From: Armatimonadota bacterium | GTDB lineage: Bacteria > Armatimonadota > HRBIN16 | Direction of reading: 5' to 3' | DNA length: 64,000 nucleotides | NCBI GenBank assembly: GCA_963677485.1 | Contig: OY781964.1 | Span: 3,584,001 to 3,648,000 of the forward strand | Part shown: one piece after another, positions 35,533 to 43,354 of the stretch | How positions within the stretch are numbered: the first letter of the stretch is position 1 | How the letters are laid out: each line of letters starts with the position of its first letter | Notes under the pieces: model-generated | What the model was told of the DNA's origin: nothing | The model's database searches: none | Seen by the model: only the letters and a program-made list of their open reading frames with translations | Translations under genes and position numbers: made by a program

Positions 35533-35608
35533 TTTTGGGCTTTCTCCTTTGAGGTCGCGATGGCTGTTAGCTCATCCATGCGCTCCCCAACATACAGTAT
35601 ATGCGAAT

Positions 35609-35637
35609 GGCCCGGTCTGCGGTAGTTAGACCGGGCC
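35609..35637 (-). terminator. Hairpin after beta-propeller paralog A
   Basis: GGCCCGGTCT-N9-AGACCGGGCC; homologous to 36847-36871. Confidence 0.65.
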
Positions 35638-35650
35638 CAATTTAAAGGTT

Positions 35651-36751
35651 CTATTTCTCCCAGGTAATCTTGACGGAGTGCAGCTCCGTATTCCAGTTGG
35701 CCCAGTTCACACCAGGGGTCGCGCTATAAGCGTATCCCAGGTATATCGGCCGTTTGAGGTCGATATGCCCTTGTGTGTCGGCACTGATGCCACAGTTGTG
35801 GAGATAGGGAATCATATTTTTGGTGATGCTGATCGGTTCGCTCCAGCTTAGTCCATCTTGCGAAGTCCTGACAGCGATGAAACTGTTCGGCCCCATCCGA
35901 CTGGCTGTGCTGACCGAAATGAAGCTTTTATATGCAGGGATATACTTCACATCGGCGCTGTCTTCATTGTCAAGCCTGTCCCATGCGGTGCCAATAAACT
36001 TTATCTTCGCTGGCCAGTTTTCATCGTCAGCAGGAGCGGTGGCAATCATCGTGCGGTTGGTACTCACCCTGGCATTTTGCGGCCCCTCAGCACTCATGAC
36101 GGTGTAGTAGATATACAGCGTCTTGCCCAGGCGCACAAAACTGGGTTCTCCAGCCCCCCATACAAGCAATGGCGTGCGGAATGGCACAATCGGCAGCGGC
36201 TTCAAACCACCCCAGCCGGATCCGTTCCACTTCTCAAAAGGGCCCGTGGGGCTGCTGCTGCGTGACACAAAAATCTCGGCACGGTTCCCTGCCAGATTAT
36301 CGGCGGCTGTCACACCCAGGTAGTAATATTTCCCTAGTTTGATGACACACGGATCGCAAACGCTGAATTTGTCACGCGAGAATGGGGTAGGCATCAGAAC
36401 GATGGTTTCATCGCTGGCCCACTTTCCTTCAGCGGTCAGCTTGCGGTGGCGGATCCAGTCCCACTGGTAATAGCTGTCACCTTCTACAGCATTCTCAGGA
36501 AAGGGATGGAACACCTTGAAGTCTGGTTTGTTTTCTACCGAACCACCCGGTGATGAAAAGTAAGCATCGATGCTGCCATCGGGATTGATCAACAGGGAGG
36601 GACCATATCGATAGGCGGCGCCGTCTTTTGTGGGATCGAAGAAGGTTCGGCCGGGTTCGGCATCAATCGTGAGGCGTTTGATGGGCTTCGCCATTCCACA
36701 CGCCGAGGAAACCATGATCAAGGCCACTAATGGCCATGCGGGATATTTCAC
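35651..36751 (-). CDS. Secreted five-bladed beta-propeller glycoside hydrolase-like protein A
   Basis: Signal peptide; YRYGPS, VCDP, PTGPFEKW, GAGEPS and SQDGLSW motifs; GTG start after AGGAG. Confidence 0.75.
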   Translation of the reverse strand: MKYPAWPLVALIMVSSACGMAKPIKRLTIDAEPGRTFFDPTKDGAAYRYGPSLLINPDGSIDAYFSSPGGSVENKPDFKVFHPFPENAVEGDSYYQWDWIRHRKLTAEGKWASDETIVLMPTPFSRDKFSVCDPCVIKLGKYYYLGVTAADNLAGNRAEIFVSRSSSPTGPFEKWNGSGWGGLKPLPIVPFRTPLLVWGAGEPSFVRLGKTLYIYYTVMSAEGPQNARVSTNRTMIATAPADDENWPAKIKFIGTAWDRLDNEDSADVKYIPAYKSFISVSTASRMGPNSFIAVRTSQDGLSWSEPISITKNMIPYLHNCGISADTQGHIDLKRPIYLGYAYSATPGVNWANWNTELHSVKITWEK

Positions 36752-36846
36752 TAACAGATTCTCCTGAGATTGATTAAGAAGCCGCAAACTGCGGCATGAG
36801 TAGCATCTTGTTCACTCGGTCCGCAAGATGCAGGATATGGGAATGG

Positions 36847-36871
36847 CCCGGTCTGCATGAGGCAGACCGGG
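36847..36871 (-). terminator. Hairpin after beta-propeller paralog B
   Basis: CCCGGTCTGC-N5-GCAGACCGGG. Confidence 0.65.
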
Positions 36872-36887
36872 TTTGGAGATGATGTGG

Positions 36888-37988
36888 TTATTTTTCCCAG
36901 GTGATCTTCACGGGGTGAAGCTCTGTATTCCAGCTGCCCCAGTTCACGCCGGGGGTCACGCTATAGGCGTATCCCAGGTAAATCGGCCGTTTGAGGTCGA
37001 TATGCCCCTGTGTGTCGGCACTGATACCACAGTTATGAAGGTAGGGGTGGAGGTTCTTCTTGATATGGATCGGTTCACTCCAGCTTAGCCCATCTTTAGA
37101 GGTGCGGACTGCAATATAACTATCCGGTCCCATCCGGCTGGCGGTGCTGACCGATATGAAGCTCTTGTAGGCTGGGATGTACTTCACGTCGGCACTATCT
37201 TCGCCTTCAAGCCTATCCCATGCGGTGCCGATAAACTTCATCTTCGCAGGCCAGTCTTCATCATCGGCCGGTGCGGTGGCGACCATCGTGCGGTTGATAC
37301 CCACTCTGGCATTCAACGGACCCTCAGCACTGGTGATGGTGTAATAGATGTATAGTGTGTTGCCCAAGCGCACAAAGCTGGGCTCTCCAGCTCCCCATAC
37401 CAGCAACGGTGTGCGGAATCGCACAATCGGCAGCGGCTTCACGCCACCCCAGCCAGACCCGTTCCATTTCTCAAAGGGACCGGTGGGACTGGTGCCGCGT
37501 GCCACGAATACCTCGTTACGGTTACCCGGTAGATTGTCGACGGCGGTTACACCAAGATAGTAGTAGGTACCCAGCTTGATCACACCCGGATCGCATACGC
37601 TGTATTTATCACGCGAAAAAGGGGTCGCCATCAGCACGATGGTTTCAGCGCTGGCCCACTTACCTTCAGCGGTCAGCTTACGGTGTCGGATCCAGTCCCA
37701 CTGGTGGTAGCTGTCACCCTCCACGGGAGTTTCAGGAAATGGGTGGAATACCTTGAAATCGGGCTTGTTTTCCACGGAGCCACCTGGCGAGGCGTAGTAT
37801 GAATCGATACTGCCGTCCGGGTTGATCAACAGTGTCGGGCCATACCGATACGCGGCACCGTCTTTTGTATGATCGAAGATAGTCCAGCCGGGTTCGGCAT
37901 CTATCGTAAGGCGCTTGATAGGCTTAGCCATTCCACACGCCGAAGAAACCATGATCAAGGCCACTAAGGGCCATGCACTGAATCTCAT
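36888..37988 (-). CDS. Secreted beta-propeller glycoside hydrolase-like protein B
   Basis: Gap-free colinear paralog of A; ATG 37988 after CAGGAG. Confidence 0.75.
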   Translation of the reverse strand: MRFSAWPLVALIMVSSACGMAKPIKRLTIDAEPGWTIFDHTKDGAAYRYGPTLLINPDGSIDSYYASPGGSVENKPDFKVFHPFPETPVEGDSYHQWDWIRHRKLTAEGKWASAETIVLMATPFSRDKYSVCDPGVIKLGTYYYLGVTAVDNLPGNRNEVFVARGTSPTGPFEKWNGSGWGGVKPLPIVRFRTPLLVWGAGEPSFVRLGNTLYIYYTITSAEGPLNARVGINRTMVATAPADDEDWPAKMKFIGTAWDRLEGEDSADVKYIPAYKSFISVSTASRMGPDSYIAVRTSKDGLSWSEPIHIKKNLHPYLHNCGISADTQGHIDLKRPIYLGYAYSVTPGVNWGSWNTELHPVKITWEK

Positions 37989-38195
37989 AGTTTGATACTC
38001 CTGGGACAGATTTGGAAGCGACACACTGTAGCCCGGTAATGAACCTGGCCACTTTCAATTTCGCCATTTGTTTCTCGATTCCTGCGTGACCGTTGGCACA
38101 AATACTCAGCCTTCGGCGACGGGTTCCATCAACCCACAAAAGCGGGCCTCGTCACCCGTGGCAATCGTGGTTGAGCAGCTAATCACACGCACCAA

Positions 38196-39266
38196 CTACC
38201 ATTGGTACTCATACATCGCCCGTGCGTTTGCTAATGGCACCGCATGGTGAAGCTCTGTGGTGCTGCCCATGAAGAACTTGCGGCCGCCTGTGATCTCGAT
38301 CGCCTGGCGACAGCATTCCTGCACCTGCTCCGGCGTGCCGAACGGCAGCAACTGGCTGACGTCGATACCTCCCGCCATGAAAAGCTGCGGTTGCAGCTCG
38401 CGAACTGTGGCCATGCTCATACCCGCGCAGCTCTCGATCGGGTTGATGCCATCGATACCGGCACCCGCCAAGTCGGCCAGGATCGGTGTGAGGTCGCCAT
38501 CGCTGTGGAACAGGCAGGTCACACCATATTGATGCCAGGCTTCCACCAGCCGCTGCAGCCGGAAGAAGAAGTGGTCCCGCAGCCATTTTGGGCTGAACAT
38601 CGGTCCGCCCTTGGCGGCGATGTCATCATATGTTAGTGCGACTTCTATCAGCCCCGTGGGGGCGAGGGCATGGACCCATCGGATCTGTGCCTTGTTGCGT
38701 GTTTCCAGCCAGTCGTCTACCAGCTCGGGTTCATCGGCACAGAGCTCCGCGAAGAGCTGCAGCCCGCATGATCCGTAAGCCTCTGTGAGTCCTACCCCGC
38801 TTTCCAGAACGAACATCGGAAGCTCTTTCTCGTCACCTACGGTAGACATACATTCGGTGTAGAACTGCTTCACCATGGCTTCGGTACCGGCCACAGCCGC
38901 GGGGTCAACCGTATCGGCTGCGTTGATGGCTGTAATCTGCGTCTTGACCCACTCCGCCAGACCTTCCACATCGTGGTATGGCCGTTTGGTGATCCAACTC
39001 GTCCAGCGCTCCGTCTGCCAGGCATGGCCGTCTGGAGATTCGTAAGTGCCGGGCGCATTCGGGCCGAACACCATGCGGGTCATATCCAGGCAGCGGGAGA
39101 TCGCTTTGGCCTTGACTTGACGGCCATTCTCCACGGTCAGCGCCTCGCCGGCATAGTATTTAATCACATCGTCGTTCATTAGGATGTCGTATGTTGGGAC
39201 GCGGTCTACCTCCTCGCCACGGATAGCTCTGGCTACTCGTTCTCGTCGGCTCATGCTGATTGCCAT
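38196..39266 (-). CDS. Uroporphyrinogen decarboxylase-family TIM-barrel protein
   Basis: MSRRERV...DRVP, YDDIA, FSPKW, FHSDG, GIDGINPIE and GGID...LLPFGTPE motifs. Confidence 0.88.
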   Translation of the reverse strand: MAISMSRRERVARAIRGEEVDRVPTYDILMNDDVIKYYAGEALTVENGRQVKAKAISRCLDMTRMVFGPNAPGTYESPDGHAWQTERWTSWITKRPYHDVEGLAEWVKTQITAINAADTVDPAAVAGTEAMVKQFYTECMSTVGDEKELPMFVLESGVGLTEAYGSCGLQLFAELCADEPELVDDWLETRNKAQIRWVHALAPTGLIEVALTYDDIAAKGGPMFSPKWLRDHFFFRLQRLVEAWHQYGVTCLFHSDGDLTPILADLAGAGIDGINPIESCAGMSMATVRELQPQLFMAGGIDVSQLLPFGTPEQVQECCRQAIEITGGRKFFMGSTTELHHAVPLANARAMYEYQW

Positions 39267-39361
39267 AAAATACGCTCCGTTTTTCGTCTCGCTGTATATC
39301 GCGAAAACTTTGTCCATGTGGGACAATAAAAATAGTAGATCATTTCTTTTGAGGTCGCAAC

Positions 39362-40459
39362 ATGCAATACCGTGAATACGGACGAACCGGAATCAAAGTG
39401 TCTGCATTAGGATTTGGTGCCATGCGGCTGCCATTCCAAGATGTGGATCTCTCTGTAAGCATCTTACAACATGCAATGGACAAAGGGGTAAACTTCATCG
39501 ATACCGCCTATGTCTACGGTGAAGATGGGGCCAGCGAGAAGGTAGTGGGGCAGGCTCTGAAGGGCCGTCGAGACAAAATCATCTTGGCGACCAAGAACCC
39601 GCTATTCGATGAGACTGCGGAAGGCTGACGCACTCGTCTGGAAACAAGCCTTAAGCGGTTGGATACAGACTATATCGACTTTTACAAAGTGATTCATGGC
39701 ATCAACTACAGTAACTACGAAGGTGTGTATCTTGACACCTTACTGCCAGAGATCATGAAAGCCAAAGAAGAGGGTAAAATCCGTCACATTACCTTCAGCA
39801 GCCATGACAGCCCGGAGAACATCATCAAGCTGATTGATACAGGTGCCTTCGAGGGCATGCTGGTGCAGTATAACCTTCTGGACCGCCGCAACGAACCCGC
39901 CCTCGCTCAGGCACTTGCCAAGGGGATGGGCGTGGAGATCATGGGGCCGGTGGGCGGAGGGCGCCTGGGCATGGCCAGCAACCGGCTGCGCGACCTGATC
40001 CCGGGCATCTCGGGCACGCCGGAATTGGCACTGCGATTTGTTTTGAGCAACCCTGCGGTGGTCACCGCCTTCAGCGGCATGAACACCATGCAGCAGGTGG
40101 ACGAAAACTGCACCACGGCCAGCCGTGAAGAGCCTTTGAGCGCCCAAGAGCGCACGCAGATCGAAGAAGCGTTGGAAGAGAACCGCAGCCTGAGCGAGCT
40201 GTATTGCACCGGATGCAACTACTGCCTGCCTTGTCCGCAGGGAGTGGCTATCCCGGAGATATTCGCTGCGATGAACCATCACCGTGTGTGGGGGCTCACC
40301 GATTTGGCCAAACACATGTATTCTCACTTTGGTGTGAACAACAAAGATGGCAAACTCAACGCCGAGGGTTGCGTGGAGTGCGGTGAATGTGAAGCCAAGT
40401 GCCCGCAGCACATCGAGATCATCCGGCAGTTGAAGGAAACACACGCTGCAATAGGCTAG
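39362..40459 (+). pseudogene. Aldo/keto reductase with C-terminal Fe-S domain, in-frame TGA at 39626-39628
   Basis: ORFs 39362..39628 and 39659..40459 share one frame: ETAEG*RTRLETSLKRLDTDYIDFY. CTGCNYCLPCP and CVECGECEAKCP are intact. Confidence 0.85.
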
Positions 40460-40465
40460 AAGAAG

Positions 40466-40493
40466 GTAGGGGCGGTTCGCGAACCGCCCTTAC
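40466..40493 (+). repeat. GTAG-type REP
   Basis: GTAG-GGGCGGTTCGCGAACCGCCC; shows compensatory changes relative to the copy at 16884. Confidence 0.85.
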
Positions 40494-40521
40494 CGTGCCT
40501 GCCCTTCTTTTTGCGGGTGCA

Positions 40522-40826
40522 TTTAACCACGAATGCACACGAATGAACACCAATGGGACATCTCACGCGAAGACGCGAAGGGGTCAGATTGGCAGTGTCC
40601 TACTCGTCTTGCTCATCCTAATCGCCCTATTAGGGGCTCTTTTAACCGCGGATGAACACGAATGAACGCGAATGGGAAGTCTCACGCGAAGACGCGAAGG
40701 CGCGAAGGGATGGCTTGGCAGTGTCCTACTCGTCTTACTCATCCTAATCGTTCTGCTGGGGCTCATTTTGACCGCGAATGCACACGAATGGACGCTAATG
40801 GGACATCTTACGCGAAGACGCGACGT
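40522..40826 (+). repeat. Tandem composite repeat (units start at 40522, 40641 and 40767)
   Basis: Each unit is a 10-bp-period ACGAATGAAC module, an 8-bp-period ACGCGAAG module and a 9-bp-period GTCCTACTC module; the third unit is truncated. Confidence 0.9.
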
Positions 40827-40948
40827 ATAGGGGCGTACTGCTTATTCCCGTGCTCTCCCCATCCTCCCATCCGCGTAATCCGTGGTTCAGACAAATTCCC
40901 TGGGCACATTCCACAAATATCCCACTATTTTACCAAAAAAGCACGAAG

Positions 40949-40988
40949 TATATATGAATATCCCTATATAGTGATATAATTATATTCA
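40949..40988 (+). promoter_or_regulatory. Extended -10 promoter and putative ArsR-family operator
   Basis: TGaTATAAT at 40972-40980 inside an AT-rich dyad TGAATAT...ATATTCA. Confidence 0.55.
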
Positions 40989-41002
40989 GGTGCTCAAAAC
41001 AC

Positions 41003-41317
41003 ATGAAAAAAACAACCAAATTGATACCGATGGAAGTGCTGAACCAGGTGGCCCCTGTGATACGAAACACCGCACATCCACTGCGTTTGCGTATTCTGGA
41101 CTACCTCCAGTGCGCAGGGGAGCCACAGAACGTCAACCAGATCACTGAGGCAACCGATGTTGCTCAGGCATTCGTCAGTCAACAACTGCGCATACTCAAA
41201 GACCAGGGCGTGCTCACCTGCCAACGTCACGGCTTGTTCATGATGTATGAAATATCCAACCCGGCTCTGCTGCACCTTCTGGAGTGCATCCGGACACATG
41301 GTAAAGACTGTAAATAG
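41003..41317 (+). CDS. ArsR/SmtB-family regulator
   Basis: AHPLRLRIL, VSQQLRILKDQG wHTH; four Cys. Confidence 0.9.
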   Translation: MKKTTKLIPMEVLNQVAPVIRNTAHPLRLRILDYLQCAGEPQNVNQITEATDVAQAFVSQQLRILKDQGVLTCQRHGLFMMYEISNPALLHLLECIRTHGKDCK

Positions 41318-41364
41318 ACCAGATGGGCATATCTGCTCATGACAAACACAAGGAGACATCTCTA

Positions 41365-41616
41365 ATGGCCGCAAATCTTGAATCCATCACCCCAGATAAG
41401 TCTGTTGACGCCCGTGCTATGGCATGCCCCGGTCCGCTGCTTGAAGCCAAAAAGGCTATTAGCACCGTCGCTGTGGGGCAGACACTTGAAATCATGTCCG
41501 GTGACAAGGGAAGCCAGGAAGACATCCCCGCATGGTGCAAAAAGACCGGACACGAGTACCTCGGATTTGTAGAGCGCGACGGATACGACAGCCTCTACGT
41601 CATCCGAAAAAAGTAA
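41365..41616 (+). CDS. tusA: TusA-family sulfur carrier
   Basis: VDARAMACPGP motif, DIPAWC; AAGGAG RBS. Confidence 0.92.
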   Translation: MAANLESITPDKSVDARAMACPGPLLEAKKAISTVAVGQTLEIMSGDKGSQEDIPAWCKKTGHEYLGFVERDGYDSLYVIRKK

Positions 41617-41634
41617 GCCGCATTGGGAGCAGCC

Positions 41635-42036
41635 ATGGAACCGCAGGTTAACTCCAAAATACTGATCATCACCACTATGATCAGTTCCTATCCTGGCGCA
41701 AACACAACAGGTCAAGCCCGGTTGCAATACTCGCCGGGCACCTCCATCATTCGTGTGCCCGACCCAGTGATGTTCCCCGAGGAGTTCTATATGCGCGCGT
41801 TTGAGAAGGGCATCGAGGGCATCATCATCATGTCTAGTGGCTCGGACTGCCCGTATGAAGGAGCCTATAAACGGCTTTCAGACCGGGTTGGGCGCCTCTA
41901 CAAACGCATGAAAGAGGCTGGGATTGACCAGTCCAGGCTGAAACTGACCACAGTCTGCACGGTATGTAAGGCCGCTTTTCTGAAAGAGATCGCCGAAATG
42001 CAGGCCAATATTAACAAACAACGGACGGCATCCTAA
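41635..42036 (+). CDS. MvhD/FlpD-like iron-sulfur subunit (variant Cys pattern)
   Basis: SYPGA...G.ARLQY...IIRV, AFEKG.EG, DCPY, GIDQSRL; extra CTVC. Confidence 0.8.
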   Translation: MEPQVNSKILIITTMISSYPGANTTGQARLQYSPGTSIIRVPDPVMFPEEFYMRAFEKGIEGIIIMSSGSDCPYEGAYKRLSDRVGRLYKRMKEAGIDQSRLKLTTVCTVCKAAFLKEIAEMQANINKQRTAS

Positions 42037-43350
42037 GTGGAAAATCCTATAAGCACACTCACCGAAAAACTAGTCGCAGATGCATTGGTTGTCGGCGCAG
42101 GGATTGCTGGACTGCAATCCGCACTGGACCTGGCGGACCAGGGCAAGCACGTGCTGCTGGTGGAACCCCAACCCAGCATCGGCGGACGCATGATCAACCT
42201 TAGTAAAGTGTTTCCTACGCTGGACTGCGCAAGCTGCATCACCACCCCCCGCATGGCATCCGTGTCGCACCATCCGAATATTACTCTTTTCACCTACACC
42301 GACGTCGAGCAGATCGAGAAGAACGGCAGCCGCTTCCATGCCACGATCGTGAAGAAACCCCGTTACATCAACGAGGAAGACTGCATCGCTTGCAAACAGT
42401 GCGAAGAGGCCTGTCCCACTTTCCTGCCGGATGAGTATGACCACGCGCTTGGAGCCAAGAAAGTCATCTCTATTCCATTTACTAATGCCATTCCGCAACT
42501 ACCGGTGCTGGACATGTCTGAATGCGTGCTCTGCGGGGCCTGCGCGAAGGTCTGCCCAAAAGACTGCATAGACTTCCTGCAGCAGCCAAAGCGAATTGAA
42601 GTGGATGCCGGTGTGGTGGTGATGGCGACCGGCTACAATCTGACGGAGATGAGTGCGAAGAAGCAATATGGCGGGGAGAAATACCCCAATGTCATTTCGC
42701 CCATCCAAATGGAACGCATCCTGGCACCACATGGTCCTTTCGGAGGCGTGATGCGACCTTCTGACGGCAAGATTCCTTCTTCAATCGCCTATGTGCAATG
42801 CGCGGGCTCACGTGATAAAAGTCTGGGTGTGCCGTATTGCTCACGCGTCTGCTGTATGTATGCCATCAAGCAGGCGATGCTGCTTTCCGGTTCGCTGCCC
42901 ATCGCCGACATCACCATCTATTACATGGATATCCGTGCGTTTGGGAAGGGCTACGAACAGTTCTACCAAAACGCCAAGGCCATGGGGATCGAGTTCGTTA
43001 AGGCCAAAGTCGGACGTATCACTGAAGGCGAAAACCATGATTCTGTGCTGCGCATAGAGCGTCAGGAGGATGGCTCCAAACCGGAGGAAGTCACGCACGA
43101 CCTGGTGGTGCTCTCTCTGGGAATGGTGCCAGCCTGGCAGCCTTCGCCGGGCGGTATGATCCCGCTGGAAGCCAGTGCTGATGGCTTTATACACAACCCA
43201 AAAGCGAAGATTAACCCCACGCTGACCAGCATGCCGGGAGTGTTTGCCGCCGGTGCCGCGACGGGACCTAAGGACATTGTCGACGCGATTGTGGACGCCA
43301 GTGCCGCCGCGGCAGAAGCAGCGAACTACCTGATGAGTATAGAGGCATAG
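42037..43350 (+). CDS. HdrA/Qmo-like flavoprotein 1 (FAD + inserted 2x[4Fe-4S] ferredoxin)
   Basis: VVGAGIAG, FPTLDCASC, two CxxCxxCxxxCP motifs, QCAGSRD...YCSRVCC, GPKDI. Confidence 0.9.
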   Translation: MENPISTLTEKLVADALVVGAGIAGLQSALDLADQGKHVLLVEPQPSIGGRMINLSKVFPTLDCASCITTPRMASVSHHPNITLFTYTDVEQIEKNGSRFHATIVKKPRYINEEDCIACKQCEEACPTFLPDEYDHALGAKKVISIPFTNAIPQLPVLDMSECVLCGACAKVCPKDCIDFLQQPKRIEVDAGVVVMATGYNLTEMSAKKQYGGEKYPNVISPIQMERILAPHGPFGGVMRPSDGKIPSSIAYVQCAGSRDKSLGVPYCSRVCCMYAIKQAMLLSGSLPIADITIYYMDIRAFGKGYEQFYQNAKAMGIEFVKAKVGRITEGENHDSVLRIERQEDGSKPEEVTHDLVVLSLGMVPAWQPSPGGMIPLEASADGFIHNPKAKINPTLTSMPGVFAAGAATGPKDIVDAIVDASAAAAEAANYLMSIEA

Positions 43351-43354
43351 TGAT

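Noticed and set aside
39626-39628. Selenocysteine or genome-wide TGA=Trp recoding
   Set aside because: The position is not in a Cys or redox motif and no SECIS-like hairpin was recognised. TGA is a normal stop for fic, the 94-aa gene and the QmoC-like gene.
40522-40826. CRISPR-like array of about 120-bp units
   Set aside because: The intervening sequence is itself repeated and modular rather than unique spacer sequence.
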